Positions 28,404 to 38,968 of a stretch of DNA of 64,000 bases are shown here, in pieces. Every line of letters begins with the position of its first letter. The stretch's first letter is position 1. Source of the DNA: Hyphomicrobiales bacterium. Its GTDB lineage: Bacteria; Pseudomonadota; Alphaproteobacteria; Rhizobiales; Xanthobacteraceae. The translations under genes were made by a program, and so were the position numbers. The DNA lies in NCBI GenBank assembly GCA_038230475.1, contig JBBRNE010000012.1, positions 4,413 through 68,412 of the forward strand, read 5' to 3'. Under the pieces are notes generated by a model. It saw only the letters and a list, made by a program, of their open reading frames with translations. It searched no databases and was not told where the DNA came from.

Positions 28404-29942
28404 ATGGTTCAGCGCGTCTCCACGGTGGCGTTTGAAGGCATCGACGCCCGTGCGGTGGATGTCCAGGTTCAGGTCGCGCCGGGATTGCCCGCTTTCACTA
28501 TCGTCGGTCTCCCCGACAAGGCCGTCTCCGAAGCACGCGAGCGCGTGCGCTCGGCGTTGATCGCATCGGGTCTGGCACTTCCCGCACGGCGGATCACGGT
28601 CAATCTTGCGCCTGCCGATTTGCCGAAGGAAGGCAGCCATTACGATCTGCCGATTGCGCTGGGATTGATGGCCGCCATCGGCGCCATTCCGCCTGATGCG
28701 CTTTCGGATTTCACGGTGCTTGGCGAACTCGGTCTCGACGGATCGATCGCGCCGGTTTCGGGCGTGTTGCCTGCCGCTATCGGTGCGAATTCGCGAGAAG
28801 AAGGTTTGATCTGTCCGGCAGCATGCGGTGCCGAGGCCGCGTGGGCCAGTCCCGACATTGAGATTATCGCGGCGTCCTCGCTCATTCAGCTTGCGAACCA
28901 TTTCAAAGGCACGCAGGTGCTGTCGCGTCCGCAGCCGAAAATCACCGAACCCAAATCCTCGATGCTCGATCTGCACGATATCAAGGGGCAGGAGAGCGCC
29001 AAGCGCGCATTGGAAATCGCTGCCGCCGGCGGGCATCATTTGCTCATGATAGGCTCGCCCGGTGCGGGCAAATCGATGCTCGCCGCAAGATTGCCGACCA
29101 TTCTGCCGCCGCTATCGCCGTCAGAGTTGTTGGAAATTTCCATGATCGCCTCGGTCGCCGGAGAAATCCAAGGCGGCGCGCTTACATCGCAACGCCCGTT
29201 CCGCGCGCCGCATCATTCGGCGAGCATGGCGGCATTGACCGGCGGTGGCATGCGCGCAAAACCCGGCGAGATTTCGCTGGCGCATAACGGCGTGTTGTTT
29301 CTGGATGAGTTGCCTGAGTTCGACGCGCGCGTCCTCGACTCGCTGCGCCAGCCTTTGGAAAACGGCGAAGTCGCAGTATCGCGCGCCAATCATCGCGTCA
29401 CTTATCCTGCGCGTTTCATGCTGGTCGCCGCGATGAATCCGTGTCGCTGCGGTCACGCTTATGAACCGGGTTATTCCTGCAAGCGCGGCCGCATCGAACG
29501 CTGCATCGGCGATTATCAAGGCCGCATTTCAGGACCGCTGATGGACCGCATCGATCTGCGCATTGAAGTCCCTGCGGTGAGCGCGTCCGACCTCATTCTT
29601 CCTCCGCCCGCAGAAGGCTCTGCCGAAGTCGCAGCACGCGTGGCCGCCGCGCGCGCCATTCAACTCGCGCGCTATCAGGCTGCAGGTTTGGAAAATGTGC
29701 GCACCAATGCGGAAGCGCCCGCTGCCATCCTTGAAGAAGTAGCCAAGCCTGACGCGCAGGGCCTCAAACTGCTGCGCGACGCCTCCGATACGATGCGGCT
29801 GTCCGCGCGCGGCTATCATCGCGTATTGCGAGTCGCGCGAACGCTGGCAGATCTCGACGGCGCGGTCATCATCAGCCGCCTCCACATCGCCGAGGCATTG
29901 TCCTACCGCGCACTTGCCGACGATGTCCGCCGCGCGGCTTGA
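28404..29942 (+). CDS. comM: ComM/YifB Mg-chelatase-like AAA+ ATPase
   Basis: IVGLPDKAVSEARERV, NLAPADLPKEGSHYDLPIA, GSPGAGKSMLA, LAHNGVLFLDE, SARGYHRVLRVARTLADL. Confidence 0.94.
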   Translation: MVQRVSTVAFEGIDARAVDVQVQVAPGLPAFTIVGLPDKAVSEARERVRSALIASGLALPARRITVNLAPADLPKEGSHYDLPIALGLMAAIGAIPPDALSDFTVLGELGLDGSIAPVSGVLPAAIGANSREEGLICPAACGAEAAWASPDIEIIAASSLIQLANHFKGTQVLSRPQPKITEPKSSMLDLHDIKGQESAKRALEIAAAGGHHLLMIGSPGAGKSMLAARLPTILPPLSPSELLEISMIASVAGEIQGGALTSQRPFRAPHHSASMAALTGGGMRAKPGEISLAHNGVLFLDELPEFDARVLDSLRQPLENGEVAVSRANHRVTYPARFMLVAAMNPCRCGHAYEPGYSCKRGRIERCIGDYQGRISGPLMDRIDLRIEVPAVSASDLILPPPAEGSAEVAARVAAARAIQLARYQAAGLENVRTNAEAPAAILEEVAKPDAQGLKLLRDASDTMRLSARGYHRVLRVARTLADLDGAVIISRLHIAEALSYRALADDVRRAA

Positions 29943-30017
29943 ATTCGCAAGCCTGCAAACTTTTCAGTAACGATCTGCGTTTACACTTCAGGAACCATAA
30001 ATTCCTGCGAGTGGTTC

Positions 30018-30482
30018 ATGCGTATCAAGCTTCTGGCTTCCGTCGTGCCTCTGCTGCTGGCGGGCACTATTGCCGGTGTCGAACTCGCCCCTGGTACCCG
30101 ACCTTGCATCTCGATCGGCGGCAAATCACTGCAAATCGCGACCGCGCCATGGCAAAGCCAATCCCATGTGAGCTTCACGAGCGATCTTCACGCCGCTTCG
30201 GTGCGCGTGCAGGTCGTCGATCGGCCCGAACTTGCGGACTTCACCGTGATCGACGACATGGATACTGCGGAGGCTGAAAGTTGCAGTCTTGGTAGCGACG
30301 TCAAATTCGTCAGCGTCGCGCCGCATGCGTCCGACGACGAACCTGTAATCTATCTCTCCACCGACGCTGGCGCGGATTACCGCATTTTCGTGCAGTCGCG
30401 CACGCTCAGTGTGGAAGATGCGGCGGCGCTTGTGGTCGGTGCCAATCGCGCACGCACCACCCAGCGAACGGCCGGGCTTTAA
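30018..30482 (+). CDS. Secreted hypothetical protein with short internal repeats
   Basis: Signal-like N-terminus; repeated V-x-hydrophobic...A(D/S) units; two Cys. Confidence 0.65.
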   Translation: MRIKLLASVVPLLLAGTIAGVELAPGTRPCISIGGKSLQIATAPWQSQSHVSFTSDLHAASVRVQVVDRPELADFTVIDDMDTAEAESCSLGSDVKFVSVAPHASDDEPVIYLSTDAGADYRIFVQSRTLSVEDAAALVVGANRARTTQRTAGL

Positions 30483-30604
30483 GACTTCATCAACCATGTT
30501 TGCAACGGCTTGCGGTGCTGGGATGAGCCTCAAGCAGTTCGCAATGTCGGCACCGCATTCTGGCAACGCGCGCTGCGCGCAACGGAACTCCAGGACGGCC
30601 TAAC

Positions 30605-32854
30605 ATGCTGCGGGCATTGCGATTAAGATTACGCCTGCGCCGCCTCGCTCGCCGCTATCCACGAATCAATTTCCTCATTCGCTCCTTCATGATTTTTTCC
30701 GCTGCGTTCGGCGGCGCTTACGGATTCATATCCGGAAGTCGCGGCGAAAATTCCGGCTACGATCCGCAGGCTTTTGCCATCGGTGCGAGCTTCCTGTTCG
30801 CGCTGGCCTGTGTCGGACTGGCAACCATGAGCATGCGAATGCGCTGGTTGCGCAAAAAAATGCGCAAGCTCAAATTGCATAACGAGTCGCTGACCGATCG
30901 CAATTGGGAATTGAAAGAGGCGGAAGAACACGCGCGGTCCCTTTTCGAGTCTCAAAGCGATCTGATCGTGTTGCGTGATTCCGAAGGCCGCATCACCTCG
31001 GTCAACGATGCTTATTGTGTGCTGGCGCAGAAATCGCGCGACGATCTGATCGGCTCGCCATTCGTGCTGCCTGTTGTCGAACAGGGCGACGAGGCAACAG
31101 AAACCAACGGCACGCGCGTCCACGACCAAAAGGTCGATAGCGCGTGGGGGCCGCGCTGGATCGCATGGCGCGAGGGCTATGTCCGGCGCGACGCCAATCA
31201 GCCCGCCGAATTGCAATGTGTCGGCCGCGACGTGACGGATCGCGCGGAAACCGAACGTGCACTCGGCGAAGCGCGTGATCATGCCAATACCGCGAACCGC
31301 GCGAAATCGAAATTTCTCGCGATGGCGTCGCATGAAATCCGCACGCCGCTGAACGGCATTCTGGGAATGAGCGGCCTTCTGCTCGACACCTCGCTGACCG
31401 CAGAGCAAACGACTTACGCAAAAGCCGTCAAGACATCCGGCGACGCATTGCTGGCGCTGATCGAGGAGCTGTTGGATTTCTCCAAGATGGAAGCCGGCAA
31501 GATCGATCTTGAACAACGGCCGTTTGCGTTGTCGGGCTTGATCGAAGACATCACAGAGTTGCTCGCGCCGCGGGCGCAGGCCCGCAAGCTCGAAATCGCC
31601 GCCTATGTCGATGAGCGGTTGCCGATACGGGTTGTCGGCGACGCCGCGCGCCTGCGTCAGGTGCTGCTCAATCTTGCGGGCAACGCAATCAAGTTCACGC
31701 CGACCGGCGGCGTCGCAATCATTGTCGAGCCTGGAATCTGGCCCGGTGAAATCAGTTTCCTCGTTCGCGACACAGGTATCGGCATCGCGCCGGAAGCGCA
31801 GCAACGAATCTTCCGCGAATTCGAGCAAGCATCTGAGCGCACGTCGCGCAATTATGGCGGAACAGGATTGGGTCTCAGCATTTCTGAGCGCATCGTCAAG
31901 CGCATGGGCGGGCGCATCACGCTGGAAAGCGCAGAAGGCGAAGGCGCTACGTTCGAGTTTTCGATTCCATTGAGTGCCGCCGAAAACGATGGTGCGCCCG
32001 CAGCGTTTGACATTCCCGACCTCACCGACAAATCGATCATGCTGGTGGGGCCGCAAACCATCGAAGCCTCGCTCATTGCGCGGCGGCTCGAGCGCTGGGG
32101 CGCGCAAACCTGCACGCTTTCCGATCCGTCCATCGCAAGCGCATTGCTGCCGGAACGCTCGTGGCACGCTATTATGGTCGATCGCATGATCGGCGCATTC
32201 GAGATGAAGCAGCTCGGCGAAGCAGCGCTTCATCACACAACCTTGCGAATAGCGATGTTCACGCCAGCCGCACGACGCGAGCTCGATCCATCGATGACAG
32301 AAGCATTCAACGGCTATTTGGTGAAGCCTTTGCGCGCAGCCTCGCTTGCCGCACGCGTTGTCGCGCCTTCCGCCACACTCGTGCCGGACATATCTGACGT
32401 GGCCGATTCCACCACCGATAATCAGACGCCCGCACCCGGGCTGTCGCGCGGCCTCTCCGTGCTGGTCGCCGAAGACAACGAGATCAATGCGCTTCTCATT
32501 CGTTCACTGCTGACGCGGCTCGGCCATCATCCTGTGATCACGACGGATGGCGAGCAGGCGCTGGAGTCCTGGGTTGCAGCGGATACTGCAGGCGCGCCTT
32601 ACGATCTGATTCTAATGGATGTGCAGATGCCGAAGCTCGACGGCATCGAGGCGACGAAACAGATTCGCGCGCGTGAGGCAGCACGCAGCCTGCGTCATAC
32701 GCCGGTTATCGCGTTGACCGCGAATACACTCGTCGACGATCGCTATGCATGCTTTGAAGCCGGCATGGATGGCTTCCTCGTGAAACCGCTCGACCGCGAC
32801 AAACTGGCCGACGCACTCGCAAGCGTTGGAATATCCGGAACCATCGCGGCGTAA
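30605..32854 (+). CDS. Membrane PAS hybrid histidine kinase (HisKA-HATPase-degenerate REC-REC)
   Basis: Two TM helices, PAS, SHEIRTPLNG H-box, NLAGNAIKFT, DTGIG, GGTGLGL; C-terminal REC (AEDNEIN, MDVQMP, KP). Confidence 0.93.
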   Translation: MLRALRLRLRLRRLARRYPRINFLIRSFMIFSAAFGGAYGFISGSRGENSGYDPQAFAIGASFLFALACVGLATMSMRMRWLRKKMRKLKLHNESLTDRNWELKEAEEHARSLFESQSDLIVLRDSEGRITSVNDAYCVLAQKSRDDLIGSPFVLPVVEQGDEATETNGTRVHDQKVDSAWGPRWIAWREGYVRRDANQPAELQCVGRDVTDRAETERALGEARDHANTANRAKSKFLAMASHEIRTPLNGILGMSGLLLDTSLTAEQTTYAKAVKTSGDALLALIEELLDFSKMEAGKIDLEQRPFALSGLIEDITELLAPRAQARKLEIAAYVDERLPIRVVGDAARLRQVLLNLAGNAIKFTPTGGVAIIVEPGIWPGEISFLVRDTGIGIAPEAQQRIFREFEQASERTSRNYGGTGLGLSISERIVKRMGGRITLESAEGEGATFEFSIPLSAAENDGAPAAFDIPDLTDKSIMLVGPQTIEASLIARRLERWGAQTCTLSDPSIASALLPERSWHAIMVDRMIGAFEMKQLGEAALHHTTLRIAMFTPAARRELDPSMTEAFNGYLVKPLRAASLAARVVAPSATLVPDISDVADSTTDNQTPAPGLSRGLSVLVAEDNEINALLIRSLLTRLGHHPVITTDGEQALESWVAADTAGAPYDLILMDVQMPKLDGIEATKQIRAREAARSLRHTPVIALTANTLVDDRYACFEAGMDGFLVKPLDRDKLADALASVGISGTIAA

Positions 32855-32879
32855 CTGCGCGTCCGTGCGCCGTTCGCCC

Positions 32880-32897
32880 ATGTCATAAATCCGTATC
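32880..32897 (+). promoter_or_regulatory. Pho-box-like direct repeat upstream of the olsB-like gene
   Basis: ATGTCAT-AAAT-CCGTATC versus consensus CTGTCAT-AAAT-CTGTCAY; possible third half-site ccgtgct at +11. Confidence 0.5.
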
Positions 32898-32967
32898 ACG
32901 ACCGTGCTTAATCACCCTTTTGAAGCTGTGTTCCTGCGATTCGCGGAACTCGGCGCTGAGGAAACTC

Positions 32968-33909
32968 ATGCACGGCGAAAAGCCCGGCCTGATTCAAATG
33001 TTCCGGCCTGAGTTTGCAAAGTCGGCGGCGTCTGCGGCAGCGACATGGCTCAAAACTCCAAGCGCAAACGGGCTCATCAAACCGAAGCGCATTTTTCCAA
33101 TTACGCCGCCGCTCGGCCGCATTGGGCCGCTTGAGGTTCGTCTCGCGCAAAGCAAGGGCGACATCAAGCGCGCGCAGAAACTGCGCTACAAAGTTTTCTA
33201 CAAAGACGGCAACGCAATTGCCGATGCTGCGACCATGCTCGCGCAGCGCGACAAGGATGCGTTCGACAAAATCTGCGATCATCTGCTGGTGATCGACCAC
33301 GACGCCAAACCATCGATGAGCGGCAAGCAGCCAGTCGTGGGTACATATCGTCTGCTGCGTCAGGACGTCGCCGCGCGCCATAGCGGTTTCTACACTGACA
33401 GCGAATTCGACATTTCTGGAATCATCGAACGTCAGCACCGGCTGAAATTTCTTGAGCTTGGGCGCTCATGCGTGCTGCCAGCCTATCGCACCAGGCGGAC
33501 AGTCGAACTGTTGTGGCATGGCGTGTGGAGCTATGTGCGTCGTTACCGATTCGATGTGATGATCGGCTGCGCCAGCTTTGAGGGCACAGATCCCAACCGT
33601 CTCGCGCTCCCGTTGTCGTTCCTACATCATTTTGCGAGCGCGCCGGAGGATTGGCGCGCCAGCGCGCATCCGTCGCGCCGTGTCGATATGAACCGAATGG
33701 CGAAGGAGTCCATCGATACCAAGGCCGCGCTTCGTGCGCTGCCGCCGTTAATCAAAGGCTATTTGCGCGTTGGCGCCTTCATCGGCGAAGGCGCGGTCGT
33801 TGACCACCAGTTTGGCACCACGGATGTACTGGTGATCATGCCGGTGTCGGCGATCAATACTCGCTATCTCGATCATTTCGGCGCTGACGCAAGCCGGCAC
33901 GCGGCATGA
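32968..33909 (+). CDS. olsB: OlsB-like GNAT N-acyltransferase (ornithine-lipid synthesis)
   Basis: AQKLRYKVFY, DAFDKICDHLLV, VGTYRLL, LELGRSCV, LPPLIKGYLRVGA, VVDHQFGTTDV; GAGG RBS. Confidence 0.75.
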   Translation: MHGEKPGLIQMFRPEFAKSAASAAATWLKTPSANGLIKPKRIFPITPPLGRIGPLEVRLAQSKGDIKRAQKLRYKVFYKDGNAIADAATMLAQRDKDAFDKICDHLLVIDHDAKPSMSGKQPVVGTYRLLRQDVAARHSGFYTDSEFDISGIIERQHRLKFLELGRSCVLPAYRTRRTVELLWHGVWSYVRRYRFDVMIGCASFEGTDPNRLALPLSFLHHFASAPEDWRASAHPSRRVDMNRMAKESIDTKAALRALPPLIKGYLRVGAFIGEGAVVDHQFGTTDVLVIMPVSAINTRYLDHFGADASRHAA

Positions 33910-33918
33910 CCCGGCCAC

Positions 33919-33997
33919 CGTCATTGCGAACGAAGCGAAGCAATCCAACTTCAGAAGGGACATGGATTGCTTCGTAGCTGCGCTCCTCGCAATGACG
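33919..33997. repeat. Family A repeat, copy 5
   Basis: cgtcattgcga..gaagcaatcca..tggattgcttc..tcgcaatgacg; between convergent olsB-like and coaA. Confidence 0.92.
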
Positions 33998-34008
33998 AGT
34001 GAACAGGC

Positions 34009-34965
34009 TTAAAGTCTGCGCAGCGACACTTCCTCGATGATGTGGTCGCTGCCCTTCTTGAGAATCAACGTCGCGCGCGGCCGTGTCGGAAGGATGCTCT
34101 CCTTCAGGTTCACGAGATTGATCGTGTTCCAAAGCGACAACGCCTTCGCGGTCGCTTCTTTATCGGACAATTTAGAATAGCGATTGAAGTAGGATCGCGG
34201 ATCGAGAAACGCCGTGTCGCGCAGCGCGATGAAGCGTTCGACATACCATTCGCGCAAAATGTGCTCTTCGGCATCGATATAGACCGAGAAGTCGAAAAAG
34301 TCCGACACGAACGGAACGGCCTTGCCGTCGCTCGGCAAGCGGCCTGTTTGCAAAACATTCAATCCTTCGACGATCAGAATGTCCGGACGATCGATCTCCT
34401 GCCATTCGTTCGGAATGATGTCGTAGGTCAAATGCGAATAGATCGGCGCGCGCACCGGACGGCGACCGGATTTGATGTCGGAGAGAAACGCCAAGAGTGT
34501 CGGAAGATCGTAGCTTTCCGGAAAGCCCTTCTTCTGCATCAAGCCTTCGCGTTCCAGAACCTCGTTCGGAAACAAAAATCCGTCCGTCGTGATCAAATCG
34601 ACTTTCGGCTGTGGTTCCCATCGCGCCAGCAGCGCCTGAAGCACGCGTGCCGTGGTGGATTTGCCGACCGCGACAGAGCCCGCGACGCCGATGATGTAAG
34701 GCATCTTGCGGTCTTCGATGCCGAGGAACTGACGCTGCGAGACGAACAAGCGCTGTGCCGCCGCGACGTAGTAGGTCAGCAACCGCGACAGCGGCAGATA
34801 GATTTCCTCGACTTCTTTCATGTCGAGACGATCGTGCATCGAATGCATCTGCGCGACTTCGTCGGCCGTCAGCGTCATCGGCGCATCGTCGCGCAGCGCT
34901 GCCCACTGTGCGCGCGAGAAGCGGCGATAGGGATCGTATAAAACCTGATCGGCTCTCACATCCAT
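34009..34965 (-). CDS. coaA: Type I pantothenate kinase
   Basis: [44 protein letters not shown]. Confidence 0.96.
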   Translation of the reverse strand: MDVRADQVLYDPYRRFSRAQWAALRDDAPMTLTADEVAQMHSMHDRLDMKEVEEIYLPLSRLLTYYVAAAQRLFVSQRQFLGIEDRKMPYIIGVAGSVAVGKSTTARVLQALLARWEPQPKVDLITTDGFLFPNEVLEREGLMQKKGFPESYDLPTLLAFLSDIKSGRRPVRAPIYSHLTYDIIPNEWQEIDRPDILIVEGLNVLQTGRLPSDGKAVPFVSDFFDFSVYIDAEEHILREWYVERFIALRDTAFLDPRSYFNRYSKLSDKEATAKALSLWNTINLVNLKESILPTRPRATLILKKGSDHIIEEVSLRRL

Positions 34966-35004
34966 GAGCCACATCCCTCACGCAAACGCATACGCCACGA
35001 ACTC

Positions 35005-35328
35005 CTAGTCGCGCTTGCGCGCGGCTTTCTCTTCAAGACCTGAAATCTGTGTGCGCGCAGCCAACGCGTCTTCGACTTCCGAGAATTTCACGTCGCGGGA
35101 TTTCAGCAGCACCAGCAAGTGATAAATCAGATCGGCACTTTCCGCGATCAGATGGCTTCGGTTGTTCTCGATCGCGGCGATCACGGTTTCGACCGCTTCC
35201 TCGCCGAGTTTCTTGGCACAGTGATCCGTGCCCTTGTCGAGCAGCTTGCGCGTATAGGACGCGTCACCGCCCGACGCGGCGCGGGCATCGATGGTGGCTG
35301 CAAGATCCTGGATCGTGAACCGGCTCAT
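35005..35328 (-). CDS. hisE: Phosphoribosyl-ATP pyrophosphatase
   Basis: SYTRKLL, KKLGEEAVE, ESADLIYHLLV. Confidence 0.95.
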   Translation of the reverse strand: MSRFTIQDLAATIDARAASGGDASYTRKLLDKGTDHCAKKLGEEAVETVIAAIENNRSHLIAESADLIYHLLVLLKSRDVKFSEVEDALAARTQISGLEEKAARKRD

Positions 35329-35397
35329 AAGGCGTTTCTATCAGGTCCAGGGTTGGCCGGGGAGCGCAAAGTACTGAATGGAATCAGGTATTTGGTA

Positions 35398-36174
35398 TTA
35401 AGGATCGAGCCGCATCGGCAGGCCTTGGCGAACCATATGATCCTTAGCTTGGCGAATCGTGAATTCGCCGAAATGGAATATCGACGCGGCCAGCACCGCC
35501 GTCGCGTGGCCTTCGCGAATGCCCGCCACCAGATGATCGAGATTGCCGACGCCGCCTGAGGCGATCACCGGCACTTTCACACTGTCGGCAATGGTGCGCG
35601 TGAGCGGAATGTCAAAACCCTGGCGGGTGCCGTCGCGATCCATCGAGGTCAGAAGAATTTCGCCGGCACCCAGCGACACGACTTCCTGCGCAAACTCGAC
35701 GGCGTCGATGCCGGTGGATTTCCGCCCGCCATGCGTGAAGATTTCCCAACGATCGTTATTTCCCGAACGCGGCACGCGCTTGGCATCGATCGCGACCACG
35801 ATGCATTGATCGCCGAACTTCTCGGCAGCTTCTTTGACGAATTCACGCCGCTCCACCGCAGCGGAGTTGATCGACACTTTATCGGCACCGGAGTTGAGGA
35901 GCGTGCGAATGTCTTCGACCTTGCGCACGCCGCCACCGACGGTGAGCGGCATGAAGCAGGCTTCCGCGGTTCGTCGCACGACGTCGAGAATCGTGCCGCG
36001 ATTTTCATGCGTCGCAGTGATGTCGAGAAAACATAATTCGTCGGCACCGGCGGCGTCGTAGGCAATCGCGGCTTCCACCGGATCGCCGGCGTCGCGCAGA
36101 TCGACGAAATTCACGCCCTTGACGACGCGGCCGTCCTTCACGTCGAGACAGGGAATGACGCGGACTTTAAACAT
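35398..36174 (-). CDS. hisF: Imidazole glycerol phosphate synthase subunit HisF
   Basis: [40 protein letters not shown]. Confidence 0.97.
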   Translation of the reverse strand: MFKVRVIPCLDVKDGRVVKGVNFVDLRDAGDPVEAAIAYDAAGADELCFLDITATHENRGTILDVVRRTAEACFMPLTVGGGVRKVEDIRTLLNSGADKVSINSAAVERREFVKEAAEKFGDQCIVVAIDAKRVPRSGNNDRWEIFTHGGRKSTGIDAVEFAQEVVSLGAGEILLTSMDRDGTRQGFDIPLTRTIADSVKVPVIASGGVGNLDHLVAGIREGHATAVLAASIFHFGEFTIRQAKDHMVRQGLPMRLDP

Positions 36175-36189
36175 GAGAAACCCGGAACA

Positions 36190-36930
36190 TCATGCTGCCG
36201 CTCGCGCGTTGCGAATAAGCTTGAGCGCTTCCGCCGGATCGACGCGGCCATCGTAGAGCGCGCGACCTGAGATTGCACCTTCGAGTTTTCGCGCGCGCGG
36301 TTCCAGTAGAGCCTTCACGTCTTCAATCGACGCAAATCCACCTGATGCAATCACCGGAATCGAAATCGCATCGGCAAGTTCAATCGTCGCGTCGAGATTA
36401 AGGCCCTTGAGCAAGCCATCGCGCGCAATATCGGTGAAAATGATGGCTGCAACGCCCGCATCCTCAAATCGCTTGGCGATGTCGAGCGCGGTCACTGTGG
36501 ACGCTTCCACCCAACCCTCCACCGCGACCTTGCCGTCACGCGCATCGAGACCCACCGCCACACGGCCCGGAAATTTCTTAGCGGCTTCCTTCACCAACTG
36601 AGGATCGCGTACCGCAGCCGTGCCGATAATCACGCGCTTGATGCCTTTCGCGAGCCACGCGTCAATCGTAGCAAGATCGCGAATCCCGCCACCGAGTTGC
36701 ACAGGAAATTTCACAACCTTCAGCATCGATTCTACCGCCGATGCATTCACCGGCTTGCCCGCGAACGCACCATCGAGATCGACAACGTGAAGATATTCAA
36801 AGCCCTGCGTCTCGAATGTTTTCGCCTGCGCCGCAGGGTCGAGATTGAACACGGTCGCGCGCGACATATCGCCTTGCTCAAGGCGCACGCACTGGCCGTT
36901 CTTCAGGTCGATGGCGGGAAAGAGAATCAC
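36190..36930 (-). CDS. hisA: ProFAR isomerase
   Basis: [30 protein letters not shown]; GTG start overlaps the hisH stop (GTGA). Confidence 0.96.
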   Translation of the reverse strand: MILFPAIDLKNGQCVRLEQGDMSRATVFNLDPAAQAKTFETQGFEYLHVVDLDGAFAGKPVNASAVESMLKVVKFPVQLGGGIRDLATIDAWLAKGIKRVIIGTAAVRDPQLVKEAAKKFPGRVAVGLDARDGKVAVEGWVEASTVTALDIAKRFEDAGVAAIIFTDIARDGLLKGLNLDATIELADAISIPVIASGGFASIEDVKALLEPRARKLEGAISGRALYDGRVDPAEALKLIRNARAAA

Positions 36931-37577
36931 GGCTTCCACTTGAGAAAATTCGAGATCAGAGCCAGCCCAAAACGTTGGCTTTTTTCCGGGTGAAATTGCG
37001 TGCCGATGGCAGTGTCCTTCGCGACGATAGCCGTCACCGCCCCGCCGTAGTCGGCGCACGCGATAACGTCGGATTCGTTCGCGGCGTTGAGATGATACGA
37101 GTGCACGAAATATGCGTGGCGGCCCTTATCTCCCAAGGGCAAACGCTCGAGCACAGGATGCTCGCGAATGAGATCGAGCGTGTTCCAACCCATGTGCGGT
37201 ATCTTTAAATTTTCCTCGCGCGGCGTAATTTTTTCAACATCGCCCGCAATCCAGTTCAGCCCTGGCGTCGTGACGTATTCCTTGCCTTGCGTCGCCATCA
37301 GCTGCATGCCGACGCAAATTCCAAAAAAGGGCCGCGCCTTGTCGCGCACGGCTTCCGTCATCGCCTCAACCATGCCGTCCAGCGAGTCCAGACCCTTGCG
37401 GCAATCGGCGAATGCGCCGACGCCGGGCAACACGATACGATCCGCGCGAAACACCGTCTCAGGATCGCGGGTCACAACAATCTTCTCAGGGATGTCCATC
37501 AACCGCGCTGCGCGCTCGAACGCCTTCGCTGCCGAATGCAGATTCCCGGAACCGTGGTCGATAATCGCTACGCTCAA
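36927..37577 (-). CDS. hisH: Imidazole glycerol phosphate synthase subunit HisH
   Basis: [34 protein letters not shown]. Confidence 0.96.
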   Translation of the reverse strand: MSVAIIDHGSGNLHSAAKAFERAARLMDIPEKIVVTRDPETVFRADRIVLPGVGAFADCRKGLDSLDGMVEAMTEAVRDKARPFFGICVGMQLMATQGKEYVTTPGLNWIAGDVEKITPREENLKIPHMGWNTLDLIREHPVLERLPLGDKGRHAYFVHSYHLNAANESDVIACADYGGAVTAIVAKDTAIGTQFHPEKSQRFGLALISNFLKWKP

Positions 37578-38068
37578 CGCGGCGCTCCGGGCTGAGGAAA
37601 GAATCCAACGACGTCGTCCTGCGGTGGCAAAGACGCGCGCGGCAGCGGAGGAAGCGGCGACAAGCTACCACGCGGCTCGTTGCGTTGGGCGTTTCCATCC
37701 CAACGGTCGAAGAAACGGCGCTCGGCGGCTTCTTCGTTGTCGGCAACAACGACATCGAGCTGACGCCATTTTCCGCGCGACAGTTTCCAACGCCGTAGCG
37801 ATCCCGCTTCGAAGCCGACCAGCAGCGCGAACAGAAACATCACGATGAATCGCGCTTCCAAGCCGATGTTCATAAATTTGAACGCAATCTCGCCGACGAT
37901 TGCAATCGTGATATAGCCGACCAACGCCAGCCACAGCCGGTGCCAGATCAGCCAGACGATCGCAGCGACGAACGCCCAAAAATAAAAACCGTCGCGAACG
38001 AAAATGACTTTATCCGGCGAAGTGCGGACATCGGCGGTCGCTGGCGCGTGGACTGTGTAGACGGCCAT
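37574..38068 (-). CDS. DUF2628-type membrane protein
   Basis: [26 protein letters not shown]; coupled to hisH by overlap. Confidence 0.8.
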   Translation of the reverse strand: MAVYTVHAPATADVRTSPDKVIFVRDGFYFWAFVAAIVWLIWHRLWLALVGYITIAIVGEIAFKFMNIGLEARFIVMFLFALLVGFEAGSLRRWKLSRGKWRQLDVVVADNEEAAERRFFDRWDGNAQRNEPRGSLSPLPPLPRASLPPQDDVVGFFPQPGAPR

Positions 38069-38179
38069 TGCTGGTCTCCGGAATTGCGAGCGCAATCTGA
38101 CTTAAATTGCTACGCCAAGTTCATTTCGTAAGAGCGCCGCGTGCATGACAAGCATGCGTGACGCCTGCGAATTTACGTA

Positions 38180-38773
38180 TCAGCCGCCGAGCGAGCCCTT
38201 GGTCGAGGGCACTTCATTCGCCGCGCGCGGATCGATGGCCACGGCCATGCGCAGCGCCCGAGCCAACCCCTTAAAGCAGGACTCCGCGATGTGATGCGAA
38301 TTCTCGCCGTAAAGCGTTTCGACATGCAGAGTCACGCCCGCATTGACCGCGAACGCGTTGAACCATTCGCGCACCAATTCAGTGTCGAACGCGCCGACCT
38401 TGTCGCGCGGAAATTCGGCTTTAAACACCAGCACCGGACGTCCCGAAATATCGATGACGACGCGCGACAGCGTCTCGTCCATCGGCATGTGGATCGACGC
38501 GTAGCGCGTGATGCCCTTCATGTCGCCGAGCGCCTGCTTCACGGCCTGACCTAGCGCGATGCCGACATCTTCCGTGGTGTGGTGATGGTCGACATGCAAG
38601 TCGCCATCGGCCTTTACAGAAATATCAATGCGCGAATGCCGCGCCAGAAGGTCGAGCATGTGATCGAAAAAACCGATGCCGGTCGCGACATTTGACACGC
38701 CGGTGCCGTCGAGATTGACGGTGACAGCAATATCGGTTTCCTTCGTTTTGCGCTTGATGGTGGCTGTGCGCAT
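38180..38773 (-). CDS. hisB: Imidazoleglycerol-phosphate dehydratase
   Basis: [34 protein letters not shown]. Confidence 0.97.
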   Translation of the reverse strand: MRTATIKRKTKETDIAVTVNLDGTGVSNVATGIGFFDHMLDLLARHSRIDISVKADGDLHVDHHHTTEDVGIALGQAVKQALGDMKGITRYASIHMPMDETLSRVVIDISGRPVLVFKAEFPRDKVGAFDTELVREWFNAFAVNAGVTLHVETLYGENSHHIAESCFKGLARALRMAVAIDPRAANEVPSTKGSLGG

Positions 38774-38968
38774 GAAAATCGCTCTCCGAGGGGCAGATTT
38801 GGCCCCTTTTACAGGCTGATGACATACCAGTCCGGAGACGCCTTCGCTACTGCGGGACGGTGCCATTTTCGGCAGATAATTCGACTATGGTGAGCGGATT
38901 GCGCTGGTGTCTCAGCCATTTGCATCAACGCCTGCTGATACTTAAATCCCAGGAATAAAGGGGTTTCC

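Noticed and set aside
30629-32236. 535-aa ORF antisense to the hybrid kinase, and similar long ORFs opposite hrcA, coaA, mltA, hslU and leuS
   Set aside because: They fully overlap well-supported genes on the opposite strand; expected in GC-rich DNA.
5201-33997. Dispersed repeats as a CRISPR array or autonomous IS ends
   Set aside because: The copies are isolated, without regular spacers, cas genes or transposase.
35329-35397. 69-bp hisF-hisE gap as a small gene or remnant
   Set aside because: No ORF, repeat or hairpin recognisable.
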